IMG/VR virus record: IMGVR_UViG_3300034408_000007
Location: 1-48,940 of that record
DNA length: 48,940 bases
Direction: 5' to 3' (one strand)
DNA from: a virus
Shown here: positions 17,511 to 26,880 of the stretch, one piece after another
How the letters are laid out: each line of letters begins with the position of its first letter
How positions within the stretch are numbered: position 1 is the stretch's first letter
Translations under genes and position numbers: made by a program
The notes under the pieces: generated by a model
Databases searched by the model: none
What the model saw: the letters and a program-made list of their open reading frames with translations, nothing else
What the model was told of the DNA's origin: nothing

Positions 17511-19160
17511 ATGAGATTTGAGAATGATAAAGAAGTAGTTGATTATGTGAAAGTGCACCTTACACCTGAGAAATGGGTTATGGATGCTAGAGACAACAAA
17601 AAAGTACTAAAAGCTTTAATTGAAGGGGAGAAGTTTACCGAGGTGTTAATTGATAGGATTGAAAAGATTGAAAGTAAAGACCGTCAAGAGGTTAGAAAGA
17701 AGCATTCTAAAGATATTCGCGACTTGTTCTATAGGGTTATGCAGCCTAGAGAGTCGGTGCATAATGCGCATGGCGGGTCTATTGTTAATAAGCTAAGTGA
17801 CACGCTAACCAAAAGAATCAATGAGGTTTTAAATGAGTTTAAAGGACAAAAATCAATAGATAAATATTATTCAGAAAACTTTTTTAGGTTAGCTGACACT
17901 GATCCGAATGGGTTGAATTTTATTGAGTTTATAGGTGAAGAAGATATATATCCAACCTATAAATCTATTGACGATATAAGACACTATGTTTCTAATGGAC
18001 AGTTATTGGAAGTATTGTTATTCGAGCCTGTAGATATCTTTGAAAATGATAAGTATTTCCAAAGGTTTAGATTGGTTTCTGAAAATAAAGATTATAGCGT
18101 GGATTATAAGGATGGGAATTATGTTGTAAATCCAGATGTAAAACTAACATTTGAACACCCTTTTAATGGAGTTCCTGCAACAATTTTAAGTTGTACTGAA
18201 GAAACAGGGAGAGAGTTAAGGCGAAGTGATATGTTTCCAATTATAGAGCTTTCAAAAGATTATGCTAGAGATAAATCAGTAAATACAGCGTTTAAATTCT
18301 TACATGGCTTCCCTTTAGCTTGGGGTTATGAGCGAGACTGTAGAGGGTGTAGAGGCTCAGGTAAAGACCGTAAAGATCAATCTAAAAGTTGTGATAGTTG
18401 TAATGGAACAGGTTTGCACCGTAGAAGTGATGTAACTGATAGGTTAACATTAGATATGCCAACAGGTTTAGATGGTAAATCGCCACTAACTAAATTAGCA
18501 GGATGGGAAGTACCACCACTTGACACATGGGTTCAGTACAATGTAGATATGAAAGATATTGAAGAGCGTATTGAAAAAACCATATGGGGAACGCAAAAAG
18601 TCAAAGAATCCAATAATGAAACGGCAACAGGTCGATTTATAGATGTCCAGCCAATTATAGCAAGGAATGAAAAGTATACTGACAATATTGAATGGACTAA
18701 AAACCAAACAATACATTTTATCGAGGATTGGATGAATAAAGCACCAGTAGAAGAGTATAAGTACACAAAGATTGAAGGGCGTAATTACATCATGGAAAGC
18801 CCAGATACTATCCTTGAAAAATATATCTCAGCTAAAAAAGAAGGTGCTAATTCAGTAGTACTTGATAAATTATTAGATGAGTATATCTTAAGTAAGTACC
18901 ATACCAATTCTGAACTATTAGAGCGTGCGCAAGTCAAAAGAAGATTAGAACCACATATTCATCTATCAGTTGAGCAAGTAAACTCAATGTTTGGTAGGGC
19001 TGAAGCGGCAAAGAAAGTATTGTTTTCTGAGTTTTGGAATGACCCAGAAGAAAATATAGAAAAAGACGAAAGTAAAATTAAGGAAGCATTTAAAAAATAT
19101 GTTTCTGAAAACAACATAGAGATTGAAGAGCAGCAAACACAACAAAAACAAATAGTATGA
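17511..19160 (+). CDS. Portal protein (putative) with an internal DnaJ-type CxxCxGxG pair
   Basis: 549 aa immediately after terL. Contains CRGCRGSG and CDSCNGTG. Confidence 0.65.
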   Translation: MRFENDKEVVDYVKVHLTPEKWVMDARDNKKVLKALIEGEKFTEVLIDRIEKIESKDRQEVRKKHSKDIRDLFYRVMQPRESVHNAHGGSIVNKLSDTLTKRINEVLNEFKGQKSIDKYYSENFFRLADTDPNGLNFIEFIGEEDIYPTYKSIDDIRHYVSNGQLLEVLLFEPVDIFENDKYFQRFRLVSENKDYSVDYKDGNYVVNPDVKLTFEHPFNGVPATILSCTEETGRELRRSDMFPIIELSKDYARDKSVNTAFKFLHGFPLAWGYERDCRGCRGSGKDRKDQSKSCDSCNGTGLHRRSDVTDRLTLDMPTGLDGKSPLTKLAGWEVPPLDTWVQYNVDMKDIEERIEKTIWGTQKVKESNNETATGRFIDVQPIIARNEKYTDNIEWTKNQTIHFIEDWMNKAPVEEYKYTKIEGRNYIMESPDTILEKYISAKKEGANSVVLDKLLDEYILSKYHTNSELLERAQVKRRLEPHIHLSVEQVNSMFGRAEAAKKVLFSEFWNDPEENIEKDESKIKEAFKKYVSENNIEIEEQQTQQKQIV

Positions 19161-19603
19161 ATCAAAGTATAATGGTGGTAGCCAAAAAATACATTTTAGA
19201 AGTCCGAAAGGCTACTGATAAAGGAGAAACTTATCAGGTTGACGGTCAAAAAAAACTAGTTCAAGACAACGTAGTTTGCCAACGTAGTTGGATTATGAGC
19301 CGAAACGCAACAGACAATAACGAACTTTATGTTATTGACGAAGAGGCAACAGCAGAGTTGCAATTAGATATTGAAGCTAGAAGAGCTAAAAATCTTGAGG
19401 ACAGGCAAATGAAAAACGTTGGGATTCCTGAATTAGTAAAAGCATTGAATCCAACTAAAGAAGTAAAAGCAAAAAGAGAAGGTGAGCCGGATGAAGATTG
19501 GGACACATCAGAACTTAAGCAATACTGTGAGGATAACAATATTTCTTTTCATCACAAAAACGGTAGAGTTAAATTATTGGAATTAATCAACGAAAACAAA
19601 TAA
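19157..19603 (+). CDS. Hypothetical head-module protein with a C-terminal HeH/SAP-like motif
   Basis: ELKQYCEDNNISFHHKNGRVKLLELI resembles Rho-N/SAP helix-extension-helix motifs. Confidence 0.5.
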   Translation: MNQSIMVVAKKYILEVRKATDKGETYQVDGQKKLVQDNVVCQRSWIMSRNATDNNELYVIDEEATAELQLDIEARRAKNLEDRQMKNVGIPELVKALNPTKEVKAKREGEPDEDWDTSELKQYCEDNNISFHHKNGRVKLLELINENK

Positions 19604-19604
19604 A

Positions 19605-20429
19605 ATGAAATTAAACATCAACGGTAAAATAGTGGAGATTGAAGACTCAATACTCTCAAAAGCAATAGAGGATAAAACGGAATCTATTGAGGTTAAAAGC
19701 GAATTAGTTATTAAAACTAAAGAAGAACACGACTCTTATACTTCAAACGTAAAAAAAGAAGATAGGGTGATTGGTGTCGAGATAGGTAGAAAAGAAGTTT
19801 TAAGAGGACTAGGTATTGAGGGCGAAGCTGTGCATAAGGATGTTGAAACAGCGGTAAAGGCAGCACAAGACGCATTGAGTTCGGCAGCAACAAAAGCTTT
19901 GGAAAACGCAAAGATTGAGCCTGATAAAAAAGTTAAAGAGTTACAAGGTGATTTGAAAGCCATACAGGCAGCATTGGCTGATGAGAAAAAAGCTAATGAA
20001 TTAAATCAATCCAACTTTGAAAATTATAAGAAAGAAGAAAAAATAGGTAGTTATTTAAGAGATAATTTACCTAAAGATTTAGTGCTTCCTGCTAAAGATA
20101 TGATTAAATTAGTAAAGGATGATATAAAATTAAATCTAGATGAAAACGGTAATATTTACGGATTAGGAACTGACGGGCAGCCGTTAAAAGATGAGAACAG
20201 AAACCTAGTTACTGGTGATAAAATAATCGCAAGTTATTTTGAAAAGAATGTGCACTATAGAAAACCACTAGAAGGCGGTGCAGGCGGTGGAGACTCAACA
20301 GGCGGTAGCTCAAAAAAGACATTAGCTGAATTTACAAAGGAACAAACAGAAGCAGGAGTATTACCTAACAGTCCTAAATTTATAGAAGCAATGCAGTCTC
20401 AACAAGAGGCGGGAAAATTGGAGAAGTAA
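19605..20429 (+). CDS. Scaffolding protein (putative)
   Basis: Charged coiled-coil-rich 274 aa lying between portal and capsid. Confidence 0.6.
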   Translation: MKLNINGKIVEIEDSILSKAIEDKTESIEVKSELVIKTKEEHDSYTSNVKKEDRVIGVEIGRKEVLRGLGIEGEAVHKDVETAVKAAQDALSSAATKALENAKIEPDKKVKELQGDLKAIQAALADEKKANELNQSNFENYKKEEKIGSYLRDNLPKDLVLPAKDMIKLVKDDIKLNLDENGNIYGLGTDGQPLKDENRNLVTGDKIIASYFEKNVHYRKPLEGGAGGGDSTGGSSKKTLAEFTKEQTEAGVLPNSPKFIEAMQSQQEAGKLEK

Positions 20430-20451
20430 ATCTATAATCTTTATTATTAAG

Positions 20452-20480
20452 GCCGATTATTAACTTAGTCGGCTTTTTTT
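20452..20480 (+). terminator. Intrinsic terminator after the scaffold gene
   Basis: 8-bp stem gccgatta/tagtcggc followed by TTTTTTT. Confidence 0.7.
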
Positions 20481-20500
20481 GATTAAAAAATAGTCAGAAA

Positions 20501-20534
20501 TTGACGAGATTCTAAATATTTTTCATTATATTTG
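20501..20534 (+). promoter_or_regulatory. Candidate promoter for the capsid operon: TTG 20501-20503, -7 TATATTTG 20527-20534
   Basis: The -7 box is perfect, but the spacer is 23 nt, longer than the usual 19-21. Confidence 0.45.
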
Positions 20535-20606
20535 TTTTATCAAGCCGTGCCTTGATTGTCTTAAAGGGATTGTACGCCCACAACCATTCATTCAAAAATT
20601 ACTACA

Positions 20607-21629
20607 ATGCCGAATTTTGATTCGTCTGTTTGGGTAAAGGCACAATCTAAATTAACAGGTGCTTTCCAAGCAACAGAAATGCGAAGTCGTAACGCGTCAG
20701 TTCATCAACTGTTCATGCGTAACACAAATATAATGATGCCTAATTATGAAGTTTTAAGAACTCATGATACAAGGGTATTAGATACTCACTTTATAAATAG
20801 AACACCTAGAGCGTTAGGGTCTACTATTTCACATACCCATAATGGTACACAGGGTGATTCTAGTGTTTTAACCCCTACTTGGTTTAGAAAAGAAGATAAG
20901 ATAGTTTCTACAGTAAAAGAAGCTGATAGAAGTATCTACGATTTAACTGATTTACAAATTAGCAAGTTTAACAATTCAATGATTAATTTCTCTGAAGGGT
21001 TAGAAGCTGATGCGTCAAGTTATTTGTTCACAAACAGAACAGGTGTAAATAATGCGGATGGTGTTGAAGGTTCATTTGCTAACAACACAACATTTGAAAT
21101 CACTGACACAACAGCAGGTGAAAGAGCTATACAAATTACTAAGATGGCTATGGATATAAACAAGTATACTGATTTAAACTATACTATTGTTTGTGATTCA
21201 ATCGCTTGGAACAGGTTCAGATTCGATAATGCGCAAGGCGCAGGAAACGACACTAATACAGCTTTTCAATTTGACGGTTTAGAATTTATTCTAGATGTTA
21301 ATTTAACTGCACCAGCTCAAGCTTTAGGTTATACAAAAGGTTACTGGATAGCTGTTCCAACTGGAACTATTGCTGGTTTAGATTGGATTCCTCCTTTATA
21401 CCGTAGAGGTATGGATAATAAAGAAAACTCTTATGGGTCAGTATTTAATCCGTTAATCGGAATGCAATTAGGTGGTCACACTTATGAAGAGCGAGTTGAC
21501 GGAACTTCTTTAGGGGGTAACGTTCAAGATTTAAAAATTGAAACACAATTTCACACAGATTTAGCATACGTTCACGCACCATTAAGCGTAGCGAATGAAA
21601 CTACAATCTTTGGATTTGCTCTTGTATAA
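20607..21629 (+). CDS. Major capsid protein (putative)
   Basis: 340 aa directly after the scaffold, with its own promoter and a long leader. Confidence 0.65.
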   Translation: MPNFDSSVWVKAQSKLTGAFQATEMRSRNASVHQLFMRNTNIMMPNYEVLRTHDTRVLDTHFINRTPRALGSTISHTHNGTQGDSSVLTPTWFRKEDKIVSTVKEADRSIYDLTDLQISKFNNSMINFSEGLEADASSYLFTNRTGVNNADGVEGSFANNTTFEITDTTAGERAIQITKMAMDINKYTDLNYTIVCDSIAWNRFRFDNAQGAGNDTNTAFQFDGLEFILDVNLTAPAQALGYTKGYWIAVPTGTIAGLDWIPPLYRRGMDNKENSYGSVFNPLIGMQLGGHTYEERVDGTSLGGNVQDLKIETQFHTDLAYVHAPLSVANETTIFGFALV

Positions 21630-21635
21630 CCGTTG

Positions 21636-22718
21636 ATGTTTGATAATTCAAAAATACAAAGCCAGATTATTGGGGTTGTCGGTTGCCGACAACCCCATAA
21701 TCCTGTCTACGCTATTTTGGATACAGACAATACAAGTTCTAGAAGTGGAGAATGGGTTACTAACAACCCTTATTGCAAGATTCAATACTTAAAGGACACC
21801 CAAGACTATATTGAGTTATCAGATGCTGACTTTAACACTACGTTAAAGAATATGCAAAAAGATAGTATTTCAACAGTTTGTCATAGGGTTTTTGATAAGC
21901 CAGACTATATTGATAGAGATTTACTATATAAAAATCCACATAATAAAGTTGATGTTGAAGAATTAAACAGTGGATTAGTTGGATTTAGAATAAGAGTTTC
22001 AGAAGGTAACGATGTGGCTTTTGCAATCAAAAGAATAATACTTGATTTTGAAGGTGAAGGCGATTTAACTCTGATGCTTTTTAATTCATCAAGTATCAAC
22101 CCGATACAAACACAAACCGTTAACATAAATTCAACTAATCAAGTTGTTGATTTAGATTGGAGGGTTGACAATTCAAGCGACACGTTTAAAGGTGACTACT
22201 TTCTAGGTTATAGAACAAACACGACAGACATAAGGACTTTAAAACCTTTTAACAGGAATTATGAGTTTGCAGATAGACAGTCGTGTATTTCTAATCTTGA
22301 TATTGAACGAAGTTTTTACAGTGGGCATTCAACGGATACTTTACCCGACTTTACACAAAGAGAGGGTTTAAGTCAGTCAATCGGTTTGAATCCTGACATA
22401 CTCGTTTATAATGATTATACAGATTTTATACTGAGAAACGAGCAATTATTAGCTAGGGCAGTTAATCTTGATATGCAAGTAAAATTTATTGAGATTTACT
22501 TAGCCTCTAACAGGTCAAGCCTTGAAGAGCGAGGTTCTAAGCTTGCTGCAATGCGATTGATCCAAGAATTAAACGGGTCAAAGGAAGAAGTAAGCGGGGT
22601 TAAAGTTACAGGAGTTCGGCCACAATTAAGTGGTGCGATAGCTCATATTAGAAAAGAGATTGAGAAACTACAAAAGGGGTATTTCGGTAGCCCAATAAAA
22701 GTAATGACACTAACATGA
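21636..22718 (+). CDS. Head/connector-module protein
   Basis: Track start 21633 is TTG; ATG is at 21636. Position-based call. Confidence 0.55.
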   Translation: MFDNSKIQSQIIGVVGCRQPHNPVYAILDTDNTSSRSGEWVTNNPYCKIQYLKDTQDYIELSDADFNTTLKNMQKDSISTVCHRVFDKPDYIDRDLLYKNPHNKVDVEELNSGLVGFRIRVSEGNDVAFAIKRIILDFEGEGDLTLMLFNSSSINPIQTQTVNINSTNQVVDLDWRVDNSSDTFKGDYFLGYRTNTTDIRTLKPFNRNYEFADRQSCISNLDIERSFYSGHSTDTLPDFTQREGLSQSIGLNPDILVYNDYTDFILRNEQLLARAVNLDMQVKFIEIYLASNRSSLEERGSKLAAMRLIQELNGSKEEVSGVKVTGVRPQLSGAIAHIRKEIEKLQKGYFGSPIKVMTLT

Positions 22719-23278
22719 TTGTCTCAAAGCAAAATATAGACGGTGTTGATGTTGTAATTGATGGACTTCAAAACTCCATTCATGCAAAGCTTTTAAATTT
22801 CTGGCAAACAGGAGTAGTTTACAAGTGCTACCCTAGAGCGAATAAGAATTATAAAAAGGGAAGCTTAATTCCTGAGATAAGCTTAAACGAGAAAGAATAT
22901 TCAGGTGATGTGTTTTTTGACGATAAAGTTGGGGTTTCAAGCTTCTTCTTAGTTTCTGATTCAAGTACTTCAGATGAAAAGTTTAAGCAAATAACTAGAA
23001 ACGTATCAATAATCTTTCAATCCGATTTAGTAAAACTTTATGGGGCAAACGAAAGATATGACGAACAATTCAATACAGATGTATTAAGGGTTTTATATAA
23101 AGAACCACGATTTATCTGTAGCGACATAAATATTACCGAAGGAATAGACAAGGTTTATAGCGAACTAAATCTTTCAGGAGATTATAAAGAATTAATACAA
23201 AACTCAGATCTAAGCAATAGACATATAGTCAGGTTTTCATTTGATGTTGTGTATAGATTAAAATGCATTAATAATTAG
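22715..23278 (+). CDS. Head-tail joining module protein
   Basis: ATGA overlap with the upstream gene. Position-based call. Confidence 0.5.
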   Translation: MIVSKQNIDGVDVVIDGLQNSIHAKLLNFWQTGVVYKCYPRANKNYKKGSLIPEISLNEKEYSGDVFFDDKVGVSSFFLVSDSSTSDEKFKQITRNVSIIFQSDLVKLYGANERYDEQFNTDVLRVLYKEPRFICSDINITEGIDKVYSELNLSGDYKELIQNSDLSNRHIVRFSFDVVYRLKCINN

Positions 23279-23281
23279 AAT

Positions 23282-24208
23282 ATGCCAACAGCAAGAATAA
23301 CATGGATTGACAGTGTATCGGCAGGAGTTACAAACCATAAAATATATAGGGATGATGTTTTACTAGCTAATCTAGGTCTAGGTATTCAAACTTATGACGA
23401 TACTACAGCGGTTTTAGATCAGACTTATAAATATGAAGTTCAGGCTTTAAATGCAGACGGAGAAAGCACGGATGAAACGATAGGTGTAAATGTGCAAAAC
23501 ATTACTATATCGTCAGCACCAGTTTATGACCCAGACACGCAAGCTCACTTTGACAATTTAGGTGGCGAAATGCGAACTTATGCAAAAGACTCATGGAATC
23601 AATTAATACTTGATTTTAAAGCCGCATTAGGTGGTAATTTAACACGTATTAAGTCGTTAAGTTCAGCATTGCCTTATTTGCCAGCGACCACGACAAATTT
23701 ATTTGATTTTCTATATGATGCAAAAACAGGAGTTAAATCACAAGCGTTTAATGGGGGTGTGACACTTCCAAGCCCAGATGAAACTTCTAGGCAGAATAAT
23801 GTGTTTTTCTCCCATTTAGGCATCCATTATAATGAAGATGGTAAAACGAAATTCTCACTAAACCCATCAACCGACTTAACACTTGACGATTCAAGTTTTT
23901 TCTCAAGTACTTCAATGCAATCAACAATGAGAGCTGGTAACACATGGGGTAATATAGTTTTAGCTGACCAGCTTATATACTTAAGTCATTTTAACGCAGC
24001 AGGAGACACGTTAATAGCAATGGGTTCTAATAGTCAGAAATTCCAATTTAATAGCACACAAATTGACGGCAGCGCATTTACAATAATAGCAAACGCACAT
24101 AGCAATATAGATAGAACAGTATTCTATCAAGATGTAGAGTTTGCATCAAGTGTAGTACCTAATACAGGAACATATCCAATAGCATGTTTCGCAAACGACA
24201 ATAATTAA
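23282..24208 (+). CDS. Structural protein with an N-terminal fibronectin-III-like domain
   Basis: ARITWIDSVSAGVTNHKIYRDD...YKYEVQALNADGES fits the FN3 strand pattern. Confidence 0.55.
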   Translation: MPTARITWIDSVSAGVTNHKIYRDDVLLANLGLGIQTYDDTTAVLDQTYKYEVQALNADGESTDETIGVNVQNITISSAPVYDPDTQAHFDNLGGEMRTYAKDSWNQLILDFKAALGGNLTRIKSLSSALPYLPATTTNLFDFLYDAKTGVKSQAFNGGVTLPSPDETSRQNNVFFSHLGIHYNEDGKTKFSLNPSTDLTLDDSSFFSSTSMQSTMRAGNTWGNIVLADQLIYLSHFNAAGDTLIAMGSNSQKFQFNSTQIDGSAFTIIANAHSNIDRTVFYQDVEFASSVVPNTGTYPIACFANDNN

Positions 24209-24211
24209 AAA

Positions 24212-24997
24212 ATGGCACAAGACGCAGTACATAACATAGAAGGATCAGCAAGCCCAGCATTCAATAGGACGGAGGCAGAGGCTATATCAATAGCTATTAC
24301 TAATCATAGGATTAGAATGGGGCAGAATAGAACAAAAGCTAATACCCATCAATTAGTAATAGCAGGAGACAGTCAAACGACTTTTTGGAATAGCTATTTA
24401 AGCACTTATTTGAGTTGGCTTTTTACTGATGATAATGGAGTGAATAAGTATGTTCATCCATTTTTAGCGGGTGACACTGGCGAAACTGTGGCAGGGCTTT
24501 TAGCTTCATACCCAACAGAAGAAGAGCCTTTATATGATGCCGCCTACTTATCAAAAACTTTTTTAATATGGACAGGCACAAATACAATCACAACTGTTTC
24601 TGATTTGGTTCAGTTCAAATTGGATTATGACGCAATCGTTCAGGCAGCTTTGACAACTGGGTTTGATAAAGTTATAGTGGTGCAGATTCCAGCAAGAGTT
24701 TTTACAACTGATAATTCAGCTAAGGTTTTATTAATTGATGAAGCCAATCAATGGTTAGTAACTAATTATGCATCTAATCCAAATGTTTTAACAGCTCTTT
24801 TGCCAACTAGTTTTTATGAGCCTTTGCAGTCTTTTCATGGAGGGAATACAACAGCTTACGAAGCTGGTAACGCAGCAATAGTGGCAGATACAACTAAATA
24901 TTATAATTCACCAGCAGATCAAACGCATGGCTCTATTTTGATGTATACCACAGCAGCACAGGCGGTTTATGATGTTTATAATCCAACAATAACTTAA
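24212..24997 (+). CDS. SGNH/GDSL-family hydrolase (esterase)
   Basis: Block I LVIAGDSQT and block V DQTHGS. Confidence 0.65.
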   Translation: MAQDAVHNIEGSASPAFNRTEAEAISIAITNHRIRMGQNRTKANTHQLVIAGDSQTTFWNSYLSTYLSWLFTDDNGVNKYVHPFLAGDTGETVAGLLASYPTEEEPLYDAAYLSKTFLIWTGTNTITTVSDLVQFKLDYDAIVQAALTTGFDKVIVVQIPARVFTTDNSAKVLLIDEANQWLVTNYASNPNVLTALLPTSFYEPLQSFHGGNTTAYEAGNAAIVADTTKYYNSPADQTHGSILMYTTAAQAVYDVYNPTIT

Positions 24998-25003
24998 TAA
25001 AAT

Positions 25004-25168
25004 ATGTTTAAAGCACGACTAGATGAAAATGAAGGCATAATGATTTGTCAATTTGAAGAAGACGGACAGATTACACTGCAAGCATCGTATGATTTCTCAT
25101 TGAAAGCAGATGTAAATAGGTTCGCTTCAGATATAGCTGAACATATAGGGTCAAGACCAGACAGATGA
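25004..25168 (+). CDS. Hypothetical 54-aa protein (below the track cutoff)
   Basis: ATG 25004. The stop overlaps the next ATG (ATGA). Confidence 0.4.
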   Translation: MFKARLDENEGIMICQFEEDGQITLQASYDFSLKADVNRFASDIAEHIGSRPDR

Positions 25169-25518
25169 AAAAAATAACCGAAATATTAATAATATGCGCT
25201 TCTACTTTGAGTATTAGCGCTTATACTTTTCAGTCTTATATTGAGCATCAAAGTGTAAAGAATTTATTTTTTTTCGGTTCAATTAGTCTTGCATTTGTTT
25301 TGCTGTATTTAGCTCTTAGAATAAGCTTTAAGAGTTTAACTACTTGGTTAGATATATGTGTAGGCGCTGCCATTAATTCCCTTTATGATGAGCTATTTGG
25401 TAATCCCAAAATACAAAGTATAAACGAATATATCAGCTTCGGTTTTGTAATAGCCGTAGCATTATCCTTGTGGTATGACAGACGAAGAAAAACTAAACAG
25501 GATTCTTTTCTTGCTTGA
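25165..25518 (+). CDS. Multi-pass membrane protein (3-4 TM)
   Basis: Several hydrophobic segments and a basic C-terminus, RRRKTKQ. Confidence 0.6.
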   Translation: MKKITEILIICASTLSISAYTFQSYIEHQSVKNLFFFGSISLAFVLLYLALRISFKSLTTWLDICVGAAINSLYDELFGNPKIQSINEYISFGFVIAVALSLWYDRRRKTKQDSFLA

Positions 25519-25699
25519 GAGCGATCCAAAAACTAAATCGGTTGGTTTAGTTGAACAGGTTGATATTAATCATAAAAGGATTAGTACTCTAGAAGAGGAC
25601 AAAACAAAAATAAAAACTGCTATAGGCACTGGCACTGTTATATTGAGCGCAATAGGTGCAGCAGTTTTATGGCTGGTTTCAAAAATATTAAATCTATAA
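25475..25699 (+). CDS. XhlA-like small protein (coiled coil + C-terminal TM)
   Basis: Architecture resembles the XhlA family: STLEEDKTKIK followed by GTGTVILSAIGAAVLWLV. Confidence 0.45.
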   Translation: MTDEEKLNRILFLLESDPKTKSVGLVEQVDINHKRISTLEEDKTKIKTAIGTGTVILSAIGAAVLWLVSKILNL

Positions 25700-25716
25700 T
25701 TAACCCTAAATGCTCA

Positions 25717-25757
25717 AGGGGTTGAAATTGAGCAAAACAACAAATAAAACGAATAAA
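25717..25757 (+). promoter_or_regulatory. Conserved leader AGGGGTTGAAATT..TAAAACGAATAAA, copy 2
   Basis: Shares both blocks with 2994-3029. Confidence 0.5.
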
Positions 25758-26690
25758 ATGGCAGTAAAATGTACATGCGGAGGTTCACAGGGTCACAATT
25801 TTGGTACGCCAAATTGTACAGGAGAAATTGACGCAGCAGCAAGATTAGGATTTACACCTACAATTGCAAACGACGGAACTTACAACAGTATTAAAATAGC
25901 TGATGTAGTAAATGACGCTTATATTAAAGCGTTAATCAATAATGTAGATAAATCAAAAAGACTGTCCCCTACAGGTGATATTAAAGCGGTTGATGATACA
26001 AGGGCAGAGTTTAACACTTTTGCAATTGACAACTTCGACTACGTATATGACCAAGGGAATAAGACTTATACATTTACTGTTATTGATGGGGCAAGCCCTC
26101 AAATGGCAGCAGCTTACAACTCAATTGGATGTAGTAAAATGTCTTTCTACTCTTTCTCTACTTCTGGACAGATTGTAGGTAACGGTTCGACAGATGGCGA
26201 GTTAAGACCTTTTAGAATTGAGCCAAAAACAATGCAAGCAATTTACAAAGCGAAAAACGACGCTAATAAAGAGCCAGCACAAGTGTTAGTTCAATTTACA
26301 TTAGCTAAAACTGAAGACGACGCAGATATAGCTTATATGAATTACGGAACTGGCGCAAATGATGTACAAGTAAATATACTAGACTATAACGGTTTAATTG
26401 ATGTTGAGCTTGGAACAGCTACTAATATTACAGCTACAGGATTCACCTCTAATTTAACGTATATCTACGGTTCAGTATTTAACAAGACTGCATTTAAAGG
26501 TGCGGTTGCTGGTGATTTTGTATTAACCAATACTACAACAGGTTTACCAGTTGTAGTAGCAGTCACAGAAATTTCAGACGGGGTTTATGAATATACTATC
26601 CCAGCTCAAACAGCAGGAGATATATTAGTCCCTGTTTTGTCAAAAGAGGGATATGACCAATATAATAGTATTTCAATTACTGCTGTATGA
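25758..26690 (+). CDS. Major tail tube protein (putative) with a C-terminal Ig-like domain
   Basis: Lies upstream of the chaperone pair and tape measure. Start chosen after the conserved leader. An alternative ATG is at 25710. Confidence 0.6.
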   Translation: MAVKCTCGGSQGHNFGTPNCTGEIDAAARLGFTPTIANDGTYNSIKIADVVNDAYIKALINNVDKSKRLSPTGDIKAVDDTRAEFNTFAIDNFDYVYDQGNKTYTFTVIDGASPQMAAAYNSIGCSKMSFYSFSTSGQIVGNGSTDGELRPFRIEPKTMQAIYKAKNDANKEPAQVLVQFTLAKTEDDADIAYMNYGTGANDVQVNILDYNGLIDVELGTATNITATGFTSNLTYIYGSVFNKTAFKGAVAGDFVLTNTTTGLPVVVAVTEISDGVYEYTIPAQTAGDILVPVLSKEGYDQYNSISITAV

Positions 26691-26842
26691 TAAAATTCGG
26701 AAGATACACAATGCAAGATTCAATTAAGAATTTATCATTCTCACAAATTAAAAAAATGTTTGATGGTAAGTTGGATTATGTTGCGTTAGCGAAGCATTTA
26801 GGGATTAAAACGCCTAAATCAAAAGATAAAACTGAGGATTAA
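26687..26842 (+). CDS. Hypothetical 51-aa protein (below the track cutoff)
   Basis: ATGA overlap with the tail tube stop. An in-frame ATG also occurs at 26711. Confidence 0.4.
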   Translation: MIKFGRYTMQDSIKNLSFSQIKKMFDGKLDYVALAKHLGIKTPKSKDKTED

Positions 26843-26846
26843 ATTA

Positions 26847-26875
26847 ATACCTCCCTGTTTATAGCGGGGAGGTAT
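26847..26875 (+). terminator. Strong GC-rich hairpin after the tail tube unit (no T tract)
   Basis: atacctccc/ggggaggtat, 9 Watson-Crick bp plus G-U extensions. Ends 5 nt before ATG 26881. Confidence 0.4.
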
Positions 26876-26880
26876 AATGT

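Noticed and set aside
25975-26178. Alternative-frame ORF inside the tail tube gene
   Set aside because: It is nested in the same strand of a longer ORF with coherent domain structure.
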